Positions 24,550 through 35,663 of a stretch of DNA of 64,000 bases are shown piece by piece. The stretch is from Octopus vulgaris (taxonomy: Eukaryota), in NCBI GenBank assembly GCA_951406725.2, contig OX597814.1, forward strand, positions 51,956,001 through 52,020,000, read 5' to 3'. The translations under genes and the position numbers were made by a program. The stretch's first letter is position 1, and each line of letters begins with the position of its first letter. The notes below the pieces were generated by a model. It did not search any database. It saw only the letters and a list, made by a program, of their open reading frames with translations, and had not been told where the DNA came from.

Positions 24550-25814
24550 TTGGGTCATCCCATAAATAATGCAGTTTTTTCAGTTGCATGAACTAAAAAA
24601 TGGAGGGGGACAGGATAAGCTACCTGCATCAACTTGCTATAAAAACAGGTAGTAATTTTACCTTGTCCTTATTCTTAGTGCAAATTTTGAAGAGTCCAGT
24701 TCGATTTTAACAGTTTTCCAAAGCTATAATAGAAGTGACAAAGGAGCATATTCAGCACATTGTGCTATACAAGTTCAATAAAGGCAACAACGCAACAGAA
24801 AGTGCAAGGAATATTAATGCAGTATATGGGGATTGGACAATAAGTGTAAGCCAGTGTCAACGGTGGTCCCAGAAATTCCAAGTTGGAAACTACAGCCTAG
24901 ATGAGCCTCATCCTGGAAGATCTGTAATACTCAACAAGGACGTCCTGAAAATCCCGCTGGAACAAAATCCCATTGTGGCTGTTGAGGAACTAGCAGAGAA
25001 GCTTGAATTTGGTCATTCAACCAGTCATCGACACCTGCATGCAATTGCAAAAGTCAGTAAAATGGGTCAATGGGTTCCTTACAAACTTTCCAAGTCTAAT
25101 CGCATGCAGAGAATGAATATGTGATTTTTTGCTGTCACATCTCACGAATAAACCTTTTTTGAACCGAATAGTGACTGGTGATGAGAAATAGGTTCTCTAT
25201 AAAAATGTCAAGTGCTGAAGACAGTGGTTAGGGAAAGGAGAAACACTGGCACCCCAGACTAAAGAAGGCCTTCACCCACGTAAAGTGTTGTTATCTGTTT
25301 GGTGGGATATGAAAGGTTTAGTCCTCTTTGAACTTTTAAACTCAAACCAAATGATATCAAAGGAGATCTGCTGTGAGCAGCTTGAGCAGCCTAAGTCAGT
25401 GCTGGAAGAAAAAGATCATCTTTGGTTTCAAGACAAAAGGTGTTCTTCCATCAGGATAATGCTCAGCCACATACAGCGAGGATGACATTCCAAAGGCTGG
25501 AGGAGTTTGAATGGAAAACAATGCCCCACCCACCATATTGGCTGGACATTGCCCCATCTGATTATCATTTATTCCGCAGTCTTCAAAATCATTTGGATGG
25601 AAAAAATATGAATTCTGTAGACAAGGTTAGAACAGTACTGGAAGAGTATTTTTCATCTCGGACAAGTGAATTTTGGAAGAGGGACCTTGCAAGTCTTCCA
25701 GGGAGATGGAAGAGCATTGCAGAAAATGAAGGAGAGTACATTTTAAATTAAAAAAAGAACTTAGTTTACTTTAATTTTGAAAAATAAAACTGCATTATTT
25801 ATGGGATGGCCCAA
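24550..25814 (+). mobile_element. Full-length mariner (DD34D) transposon with inactivated transposase
   Basis: 29-bp TIRs ttgggtcatcccataaataatgcagtttt / aaaactgcattatttatgggatggcccaa (1 mismatch), TA on both sides, 1265 bp. Motifs WVPYKL, VTGDEK*, FHQDNAQPH and HPPYWLDIAPSDYHLF, with 34 residues between the 2nd and 3rd D. Confidence 0.95.
24735..25751 (+). pseudogene. Mariner transposase pseudogene
   Basis: Split over ORFs 24735-25124, 25285-25485 and 25422-25751 by frameshifts and stops (e.g. tag at 25189). Confidence 0.9.
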
Positions 25815-26129
25815 TATAAAAGCTTTTTGATAAATTACGTTCAAAACAAGTGTCACAATAAGTTATTTGGTTTATTTTCAAATAAATTTTAAACTGAAAG
25901 ATGATGCAGTTTTATTAGAAATCTGATCACAAACAGATTAAATAAAGTTTCACACTTCACAGATGAGAGGACATGAGACTAAAATGAAGCAAGATATGCT
26001 GTGCTGCAGTATTTTCCAAAAGCTGTCAGCATGGAAAAAAAGAAAAAAAGGGTGTGATGAGCCAATAAAAATAGCAGTCAAATACCCATTAAGCAACACC
26101 CTATCATTTTCAAATCAGATACCTTAGAT

Positions 26130-26375
26130 AGTATGTGTGTGAATTCATGTCTCCTTGTTTTGACATCAGATGTAAATTGTTGTTCATTTGCAATCTTCTG
26201 TGAAAACATGTCCAGCTATTGTATTGTTTGCATTTGAAGAAATATTGCCTTGCTTGTTAACAAGTGAAGGTTGGGGTCAAGAGCACCCTCCAGCTGTAGA
26301 AAATTAGCCCCAATGAATTTTGTGTGACCCATGTAAGCATGGAAAAAAATGTATGTTAAAATGATGATAGTGATA
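26130..26375 (+). mobile_element. 3' half of SINE family A, tail type 2
   Basis: ...aatattgccttgcttg...gtgaaggttgg...gacccatgtaagcatggaaaa...gttaaaatgatgat. Confidence 0.65.
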
Positions 26376-27019
26376 CATACACACACACACACACACACAA
26401 TACACATACAACCAACATTTATATTCATCAGTAGTCATATGAGTAATCATAATATGAAACCAATTTCAGTACATATTAATGAAAACTTAGTGCAAATCTA
26501 ATAAAAGAATGAAGTTAATAGTTCAGTCAATGTAATCTATTCTAATAATAACTCATCTTCTAAATATTGAATATAATTAACTTCCAACTGTTCAACCTCA
26601 TTAACTACATCAGATTCACTTCCCTTTTAATACCATCATACATGGCAATTCCTCAGACATTGATAAAGAGAAAAATTTAGCAAATCATTTAGGTAATTGA
26701 AACAACAAAAGGTAGTATAGTTTAAATTACATTCCAAAGTTATTTACATGATGATGATGTTAATCTGAAGTCAGTTCTATTTGAACTGGGCACTTACGAT
26801 CAAACCCATTCCAGACATGACCATCTCACCTAATAATCCAGGACTACCTTTTTTAAAGGTGGTGGTATGATCTGAGAGAAATTTGGATGCTATTTGTAGC
26901 AAGTCTAGAAATATCAAGGCATGTAGTATATTGGTTCAAGTTATAAGTATTGTAATTATTTGGCTACAATGTACTCTGCTTGATGGGTGGTATGAAAACA
27001 CCAGAAACACAGGCAATAA

Positions 27020-27424
27020 TAATTTTTAGTGCTTGTTGACCTGGAGAAGATATCATGATAGGATACCATGCTCAGTAGTCTGGAAGTTGCCAAGAAAGCT
27101 AAGTGTAAATGAATGGATTGTGAAAAATCTGCAAGCCATGCACCGAGATGCCATTAGCAAGGAATTTGCTGTGCAAGTAGTTGACCATCAAAGGTTAGTT
27201 CTGAGCATTTCTTGTTTATTACAGTTCTCTATTCGCATAACTGAATTTGTAAAAAAAAATTATAGAAAAAATTCCAACATGATAGCAAAGTCCAAAATAG
27301 AGAGACTCCAAGTAAATCTAGCAAAAATGGATGTCTGAATTAGCTGGGAAAGAAAGACAGGGTTCTACCACCACCAAGACGGTTACCATGTTAAATATGC
27401 AGAAAAAAACCCGTCCAACCCATG
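27020..27424 (+). pseudogene. Old, deleted RTE-clade RT fragment
   Basis: LVDLEK..DRIPCSVVW...RKLSVNEWIV..LQAMHRDAIS is homologous to the adjacent minus-strand LINE RT. Confidence 0.7.
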
Positions 27425-30102
27425 TTGGCATGGGTTGGATGGTTTGACTGGGGTCTGGGAAGCCAGGAGGCTGCACCAGGCCCCAATCTGATCTGACAGT
27501 GTTTCTACAGCTGGATGCCCTTCCTAATGCCAACTACTCCAAGAGTGTAATGGGTGCTTTTTACGTGCCACCGGCACAGGGGCCAGAGGTGCTGGCATTG
27601 ATCATGATCGGATGGTGCTTTTTATGTGCCACCGGCATGGAAGCCAATGAAGGTGGCACTGGCATCGGCTACATTTGGTCACAGGGGTCACAACTACAAT
27701 TTCCATTTGATTTGATTTGATTTTAATATTAATTTGATTTGATTTTGATATTGATGTACTTGACTGAATAGGTCTCCTCAAGCACAGCAGGTTGCCCACA
27801 ATCCAAGGTACTTTTGAATGGGCTGGGGCCGGTTATGCGAAACTGGTGTAGGTTACAGCTGTGAATTCACTTTATTTGCTGGGTCTTCACAGTCACAGCA
27901 TACCTCAAGAGGTCTTGGTCTTTTGTCATTGTCTCTGTGAGGCCAAACATTGAAGGTCGTGCTTCACCACCTCATCCCAGGTCTTCCTAGGTCTCCCTCT
28001 ACCCCGAATTCCTTCCACTGTTTGGGAGTGGCACTTCTTCACACAGTTCTCCTCATCCATTCACAGTACATGACCATACCAACACAAACATCTCTCTTGC
28101 ACACCACATCCGATGCTTCTTATGTCTAACATTTCTCTCAGGGTGCTTACACTGACATTACACATCCAATAGATCTTGCTAGCTTCATTTCTCTTGAGCC
28201 TATGCATGTCTTCAGCAGTCATGGACCATGTTTCACTGCCATGAAACATGGCAATTTGCACACATACATCATACAATCTACCTTTCACTCTGAACGAGAG
28301 GCCCTTTGTCACCTTTCTGAACTTTGCCCAGGTTATTCTTATTCTAGTGGTAACATTCTCTGGGCATCAACCCCCAATACAGACTTGGTCACCTAGGTAG
28401 CGGAAGCTATCAACTACTTATAATTTCTCCCCCGGCATGTGATGGAATCTGTTTTCTGAACATCTGTGGTGTTTATTGCCCCTGTGCATCTGCTGCACAT
28501 GAAAGCTATCTTCCTGGTTAATCTTCCTTTGATGTTGCTGCACCTCTTATGTGTCCATGGCTTACACTGGGTACATCTTATGGAGTTTCTACCTACACCT
28601 TTTCTACAGATCGAGTAGGGCCACCTACCTGAAGGGGTGTGTGATGTGTCCACCTTCTTACTTACTAGAACTTTGGTCTTTGCAACATTGACTCTAAGGC
28701 CCTTTGATTCTAAACCTTGCTTCTATACCTGAAATTTCTTCTCTAGTTCAGGTAGTGATTCTGCTATGAAGGCCAGGTCACCCACATAGAGGAGCTCCCA
28801 GGGACAACCTGTCTTGAATTCCTCTGTTATTGCCAGGAGGATTATGATGGATAAGAGGGGGCTGAGGGCTGATCCTTGGTGGACCCCTATTTCTACCAGG
28901 AATTTTTCACTATACTCATTGCCAATCCTAATCCTACTAATGGCATCTCTGTATAGGGCCTGTACAGCCCTTATTAACCATTCGTCAATCCCCAGTTTCC
29001 ACATTACCCATCAGATAAGGGATCAGGGGACCCTGTCAAAAGCTTTCTCCAAGTCCACAAAAGCCAAGTATAGGAGTTTATCTTTGGCTAGGTATTTCTC
29101 CTGCAGTTGCCGTACCAGGAATATATCATCAGTGGTGCTTCTACCTGGCACAAAACTGAACTGCATCTCATCTAAGCAAGCTCTCTCCCTAATTAGTTGG
29201 GTTAAGATCTTCTCCATCACCTGATCCAGCATTTTGATATCCCTGTAGTTATTTCTATCTAAAGCATCACCTTTACCTTTGTAGCAGCTGACTATGGTGC
29301 TGCTATGCCAGTCATTGGGTATGATTCCATCATAAACTACCTGGTTTACAATACGAGTGACTGGGCCATAGCCCACACCACCAGATGGTTTAAGCGTCTC
29401 AGCAGTGATTCCTGATGGGCTGAGGGTTTTTTTTGCTTCATACCCTTAATTGCTTTATCTAACAGGGTGCTGTCTATTCAGATAGCTGGTCCCTCTACTG
29501 GATCAATGTTTGGCAGGCTCTCCTCCTCCCATTCAATTTCCATGTTCAGCATTCTTTCATAATGGCTTCTTCAAGCCTTTTTCTTTTCTGAATCATTAAA
29601 AGCAAGTGCACCATCATCCATGTGGACACATTTCTCTCCTGTGACATCACAATTTTCTCTCACACACTGTCATGCAATCCAAAATACTTCAGTTCTTTGG
29701 TCCTCACATCGCTGGACATTGGCAAACTTCTTTTCTGCTTCACCCTTGGCTATGTATACCTGTTGTCCAGCCTCCATTTTGGCTATCTGGTACAGTTCCC
29801 TGCTATCCCCACCCTTACAGGCTTTCCAGGCCTGTTTCTTTGCTCTGATGGCTTTGTCTACCGTATTATTCCACCACCACATTACTCTAGGTCTGGAAGG
29901 GACTTTGCGCCATCCGCAGTCTTGGTCTGTAGCACCCAGTAAGCTGTCCGATAGGAATTTCTAGCTACCTTCTATGTCCGAGAACTGTAGCTCCTCCTCC
30001 CTCTCATCAAATGTCTTGATAAGGATGTCCCTAAATCTCTGACCATGCGAAGATTTCTTTAGCTTCCAAATCCTTCCCTTCTGGATTGGTCTGCTTTTTG
30101 GC
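27425..30102 (-). mobile_element. 5'-truncated RTE-clade (RTE/RTEX-like) LINE; ORF2 pseudogene without endonuclease
   Basis: WWWN linker, IPNDW..S.IV..YKGKGD.L..NNYR, Q..F.PGRSTTD, AFVDLEKAFDRVP, GVHQGSALSPLL, LLYVGDL (YADD decayed), Cys/His insert, DSFRYLGD, HGSETW, WYGHV. 3'UTR has (aaatc)n and two hairpin units. Many frameshifts. Confidence 0.92.
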
Positions 30103-30117
30103 ATATATATATATATA

Positions 30118-30317
30118 AACATACACTTTATTAATAAAGCTGCAAAGACATCACAAAAACTGTTACTCTGAGTTTCACGTTCCTGTCTGACAAATAGGTA
30201 TGTGAAACTCTGAGTAACAGTTTTCGTGATATCTTTACTGCTTTAAAGCATATTATTTTACCTCCAGTATTTGAGTACTATTTTTTCCTCCTTGTTTCAC
30301 ATTTATGTGCTTATTCT

Positions 30318-30320
<3 letters not shown>
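30118..30320. mobile_element. Penelope-like pLTR remnant, partially inverted, flanked by (TA)n
   Basis: Inverted arms ~30136-30178 and ~30202-30244; contains a hammerhead motif; (TA)n at 30103-30117 and 30320-30349. Confidence 0.65.
30183..30220 (+). ncRNA. Minimal type-I hammerhead ribozyme motif, G8>A mutated
   Basis: ctgt-CTGACAA-ataggtatgt-GAAAC-tctga-GTA-acag: stem I ctgt/acag, palindromic stem III, GUA triplet. The inverted partial copy reads ggaacgt-GAAAC-tcaga-GTA-acag. Confidence 0.75.
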
Positions 30321-30351
<31 letters not shown>

Positions 30352-31059
30352 TATTATTGCCTTAGCAATCAATAGGAGAAAAATTGTTCTATGACATAGA
30401 AATGAAATGAAATGGAAATTATACACAGCCCTCCTATTTTTTGTCGTTTTAGTTCTTTCATTTGATTCAATCATATTGATCCTACCACTAGATCAATAAT
30501 ATTTTTATTTTATTATTACTTATAAAAAATTATGTGTGTTTTTTGGGGTTTTTTTTCAAAATACTTGATTTTGTTGCTGGTTGTAGTTTCTGAATTATAT
30601 GTAAAAATTGATGAATACATGAATTAATGGTAGCTGCTCAGCATCAGTTGAAACCAGCTGAATGCATACTATGAGAGACATCAGAAAGAAGCCCAACTAT
30701 ACTCTAGAAATATTGAAATCCATTATGAAGGAATTAACTTGTAATATTTTCAATGTAAAATTATATTAGATATTTAGAGGCACCAATTTGTAAGAGAAAA
30801 GCATAAGAGATCTTCAGTGAGTCAGTTGCTCTTTTTGTGCAATAGTATTGATACCAATATTGTTTAACAACTATTGTAGCTTGAAGGCTAAATTATTATT
30901 TGGTATTTTGAAATGAAAACCGTAATCCAATATAATTTTTTATTTCTACAAAACTCAACTTTTAAGCACTGATTAAATGAGGCAAACCAAATTCTGAATG
31001 TAATAAATACACACACACACACAAATATGTATAGCAGAAGTATTAAGGTTGCTTCTCCT

Positions 31060-31295
31060 GGTGAAAAGGATTGTCTTGCATGAGTCCTGTGCCAGTGCTA
31101 TGTAAAAAGCACTTATGCTGGTGTCACATTTAAAGCACCCAGCATGCATTGTGAAGTGGTTGGCATTAGCAAGGGCATCCAGCTCTAGAAACTCAAATCA
31201 GACTGGAACCTGGTGCAACTTTCTGGCTGGCCAGTGCTGGTCAAACCATCCAACCCATGCTAGCATGAAAAACAGACATTAAAGAATGATGATTA
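31060..31295 (+). mobile_element. RTE-LINE 3'-end copy
   Basis: Two short hairpin units, gggcatccagc, caacccatgctagcatg, atgatgat tail. Confidence 0.8.
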
Positions 31296-31302
31296 TTATA
31301 TA

Positions 31303-32055
31303 TCATCATCATCACCATCATTGTTGTTTAATGTACGCTTTCCATGCTGGCATGGGTTGGACGGTTTGACTGAGGGCTGACGAGCCAGAAGGCTGCACCA
31401 AGCTCTAATCTGATCTGGCAAAGTTTCTACAGCAGGATGCCTTTCCTAATGCCAACCACTCTGAGAGTGTAGTAGGTGCTTTTTATATGCCACCGGCATG
31501 AGGGCCAGTCAGGCGGTACTGGCATTGACCATGCTCAAATGGTGCTTTTTACATGCCACCGGGACAGGAACCAGTCAAGTGGCAATGGTAATAACCATGC
31601 TCGAATGGTGTTTTTACGTTCCACCGGCACAGGTGCCATTTAGGCAATACTGGCAACAATCATGCTTGAATGGTGCTTTTTACGTGCCACCAGCATGGGA
31701 GCCAGTCAGACAGCACTAGCAACGATCACACTCAAATGGTGCTTTTAATGTGCCACTGGCATGGCTGCCAATCAGGCAGTACTGTCATTGGCCATGACAA
31801 CAATTTCACTTCCTTCAACAGGTCTTTGCATGCTGGTTATGCTGCACTGGCAGAGACCTCAGTTATGGTCTCACTTGGATTGCCAGGTATGCTCAAGCAC
31901 AGCATATTTCCAAAGGTCTCGGTCACTTGCCATTGCCTCGGTGAAGCCCATTGTTCAAAGGTTGTGCTTCACCACCTCATCCCAGGTCTTCCTGGGTCTA
32001 CCTCTTCCACAGATTCCCTCTATTGCTAGGGTGTGACACTTTTACACACAGCTAT
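31303..32055 (-). mobile_element. RTE-LINE 3' fragment with five hairpin units
   Basis: (cat)n tail; cores at ~31475, 31541, 31607, 31672 and 31738; ORF2 C-terminus (GRGRPRKTWDEVVKH) at ~31930-32050. Confidence 0.85.
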
Positions 32056-32103
32056 CAATGCATTTTTGCTAGTATGCTAATGATTCCGCTAGCTTGCCAC
32101 CTT

Positions 32104-33095
32104 AATAATAAGAGCACTCGGAGAGCGCAAATCTCTGCCAAGGCAACACCAACATCCTCTCAACGATTAGCTGGAGATGATTTTAAAATGAGAATATCTT
32201 AAATAAATTCGACTGCTCTCAAAAATTAAGTAAATAAAATCCAGAAAAATAATCCAGAATCCTTGTCCAGTACCTGATCCATCCCAATGGGAGTCATGGA
32301 ATGTGTAGGTGGGTGTGTGGGCTGAATGTGTTATCTGCAGTGGGAACAGGGAGTTTCCTCTATGAAGGCATTTTTTAGTCTATCCACTGATATAGTGTCT
32401 GTATGACCATTAAGGTCTATAGTGAATAATTTATCTGTGTGTGAAAGAAAATGGAAAGGACCTACATACGGTGCTGTTAACAGAGGTTTAACAACATCAT
32501 TACGCACAAAAATGTGAGTCCAAGAAGTAAAGCTTCCTTTAAGGCAGAGCCAGAAATGCAATTGTCAAGTAGGTAAGAGGTTTTAAACAGGAATGATATA
32601 TTCAGAATTGGTAAAACTAAAATTGTCAGGGTTAAATTAAATTTATTATTGTTACTGAATATGTTTGTGTTATTTAATTTCTGAAGGGTTTTGCTGTTGT
32701 TTGTTTATGTTGTTTGATTTCTTTATCCATTGGTTTCTACTAAAATAGAGACGCAAGTAAAATTAATAATAGAGAAACGAAAATAAAACTTTGGAAACAG
32801 CAATGCCACCATAACTTACATGGAAACTATGAGCATGCTTTCAAGGGAGATAATCAGAGAAAGACTTGAAAGTCCATAGGATCATAATACTTCATGTAAA
32901 GTGAAAAAAAAAAAGGAAAAATAATTCAGAATCCCTGTCCGTTACCAAAATCTAATCAGTTTGTGCCAGTCACAAGGCCAATCTTCCCTGAAAGTTTCAT
33001 CCAAATCCATCCAGTGGTTCTTGAGATATATTGTCCATGGACAAACAAACATGACTGGAAACAATACCTCCACCTTTGCTAAGACAGAAGTAATA
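32104..33095 (+). mobile_element. Helentron-type non-autonomous element (HINE/DINE-like) with an internal foreign segment
   Basis: 5' aagagcactcggagagcgcaaatctctgccaagg; 3' (caaa)n then a degenerate stem-loop acctccacctttgctaagacagaagt. A compact homolog lies at 33834-34135. Confidence 0.6.
32331..32640 (-). pseudogene. Gypsy LTR-retrotransposon integrase C-terminal (GPY/F) fragment
   Basis: WTHIFVRNDVVKPLLTAPYVGPF......DKLFTIDLNGHTDTISVDRLKNAF matches the THVFVR.D.V..PL..PY.GPF.V......F......G..D.VS.DRLKPA pattern. Confidence 0.8.
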
Positions 33096-33097
33096 AA

Positions 33098-33310
33098 TTT
33101 TTCTACTAAAAGGAACAAAGCTTGAAATTTTGGCGGGGAAGAGTAGTCTATTTCATCAATTCCAGTGCATGACTGGTACTTAATTTATTGACCCTGAAAG
33201 GATGAAAGGCAAAGTCAACCTCAGTGGAATTTGAACTCAGAATGTAAAGACAGATGAAATGCTGCTAAGCATTTTTCCTGGAATGGTAATGATTCTGCCA
33301 GCTCACCACC
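33098..33310 (-). mobile_element. SINE family B
   Basis: Full head-to-tail match to 41215-41431. Confidence 0.85.
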
Positions 33311-33314
33311 AGAG

Positions 33315-33835
33315 ACATGTGGTATGAGCATCATGTCAAAAGAGTGCTGGAGTTGAAGAATTTGTAAGATTTTGTGAGACTTTCCAATTCAAACAGACAA
33401 GATGCGAGAAAACAATAAACCAGACATAACAATAATAGACAAAGAAAAGTGAAGTTGCTTACTAATTGATCCAGCATGTCCATTTGATTCCAGGATCATA
33501 AAGAAAGAAGACAGAAAACAAGAAAAAATACAATCCCTTAAAATTTGAAACTGCAAGAATTTGGAATATGAAAACTGTAAAGGTTGTGTCTATAATAACT
33601 GGTGCATTGGTAATTGTAAGTAAAGATATAAACAAATGGTTGGTGATTGGAATAGAAGGTCCTGTAGAGCTTATACAGTGAGTTTGCCTCTTAGGGATAG
33701 GAAAGATTAATCAGGAGGGTTCTAACCACTTGAAAGACTATTGAAAACTAATGGATACCTAAGGTTACAGGTAGTAACCCGCTACCCACATAAATCCTGC
33801 CAGAAATAAGACTGAACCAGAGTCAAATCAATAAT
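33315..33835 (+). pseudogene. R4/Dong-like non-LTR retrotransposon 3' fragment with restriction-like endonuclease
   Basis: WYEH..., KIL*DFPIQTD...NKPDITIIDK...CLLIDPACPFD...K..KY..LK.E.ARIW......V.II.GAL, ..Q..CLLG. PD-(D/E)xK-type RLE; aataataa tail. Confidence 0.8.
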
Positions 33836-34135
33836 AAGAAGAGCACTCAGAGAGCACAAACTTCTGTCATGGCAACACCAACATCCTCTCAACGATTAGC
33901 CAGAGATAATTTGACTGCTCTCACAAACGAGAATACTAAAAATGAGTCCAATCACTGTCAAAAATTAAGTAAAAACAGGAAAAATAATTTAGAATCCTTG
34001 TCTGATACTGGATCAATCCCCAAATCTAATCAGTTTGTGCCAGTCAAAAGGGCAACTATCCCTGAAAGTTTCATCCGAATCGATCCAGCAGTTGTTGAAA
34101 TATCTTGTCCAGGGACAAACAAACAAACAAACAAA
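33834..34135 (+). mobile_element. Second Helentron-type non-autonomous element, 3'-clipped
   Basis: Colinear with 32104-32286 plus 32915-33050, without the Gypsy segment. Confidence 0.65.
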
Positions 34136-34499
34136 TACAAAAAGTATGTCAAGCACTGGGTCAGTGGTATTGACTAATGCCATCTTCTCAAAACTGTTAG
34201 CTTCATACCTAAATTAGAAATTATTACTATAGCTTTTGGAAGGACAATGGTAGATATTTTTTTTAGTAATGATAGAGGTTCACAACGCCTATTGTACTAC
34301 CACAGATTTCATTTACTATTTTCTTTTATTCCAGTCTAGAGGAAAGAGCTGCACTCAAGGTCTAAGCTTGGAACCTCCAAGTCAAGTGTGTTCAACATAG
34401 TTAATGTTCCTTTTGAAGAGTTGCAGGAAGAAACTGTCTAAAGAGAATATTCCAGGGGGTAGAATAGACCAGACATCCTATGGATGAGATATAATACAG

Positions 34500-35118
34500 G
34501 TAATGATTGGTGACCGAGACCTTAGGAATGTGCTCTACTTAAGAGGACCCATCAAGCCAAGTGCCTCCATGCTGGTGGCACGTAAAAAAAAAAAAAATCA
34601 ACCTTTGAACATTGGGCCTCACCGAGTCGAAGTGGCTGAGTTCCTTTCAAATATTCGGCCTCAAGGAGACAAGGTGGTTGAATTCCTTTCGAATGGGCCT
34701 CATGGAGGTGAGGTGGCCGAGTTCCTTTTGAGTGGGCCTCATGGAGGTGAGGTGATTGAGTTCCTTTCAAGCTTTGGGCTTCATGGAGGCAAAGTGGCTG
34801 AGTTCCTTTCAAGTGTTGGGCCTCACAGAGGAAAAGACCAAGACTTTTGGCATTATGTCATGCTTGAGAAAAAGACCCATCAAGCTGAGCAAAATCGCAG
34901 TCATGGCAGATACTGGTGTCACGCAAATGGCACTCATGCTGGTGACATGTAAAAGCCCTCATTACACTCTCAGAGTGGTTGGTGTTAGGAAGGGCATCCA
35001 GCCATAGAAAACCATGCCAAATCAGACTGGAGCCTGGTGCAGCCTTCCAGTGTGCCAGCCCAGTCAAACCATCCCAACCCATGCCAGCATGGACAACATA
35101 CGTTAAATGATGAGGATG
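34500..35118 (+). mobile_element. RTE-LINE 3' fragment with a 39/42-bp minisatellite
   Basis: 5-6 units of gggcctcatggaggtgaggtggctgagttcctttc at ~34603-34830, followed by the standard 3' end. Confidence 0.8.
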
Positions 35119-35262
35119 TAAAAAAACAAAACAACTTGAGTGGAAGTGGTAACAGATCAACCATTTCTAATGAACATAGATCCCTAAAATAACAGCAGAC
35201 AAAACAGAGAGAAAAACACATCTATAGGACAAAGGACAGAGTTTGTATTTGAATTTTCTGGC

Positions 35263-35486
35263 TTAACCCTTTAGCATTCACATTATTTTGTCAAAGGTAA
35301 TGCTTATTTATTCTCATTGTTTTGAATTAATCTACATTATCTTGTAGTTTTGAGATTTTGATGGGGTAACTAATTTTTAGAATGATATTGTAAGTTTGGT
35401 GTAAGAAGCCAAACTTGGCCAGTTTGAACATAAAACAGGTAGAATATTTTGGCTGGATATGGCCGGTTTAAATGCTAAAAGGTTAA
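35263..35486. mobile_element. piggyBac-like MITE, family 1
   Basis: ttaa-ccctttagcatt ... aatgctaaaagg-ttaa; reverse-complement homolog of 4150-4366. Confidence 0.8.
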
Positions 35487-35663
35487 AGAGGATTCCTCCT
35501 TTTTAGAGTAGTGCAAATATCCCCCAGCATGACACTGGGTTTTAGAGTACTAAAATTAAGACAGAAGAAAATTGAATTAAAATACCTTACAGTATTTAGT
35601 TTCAATTCCTATTCTCTGAATTCAAAGTTCAATATCTTTCCTTTTAACATTGATATTAAAATA

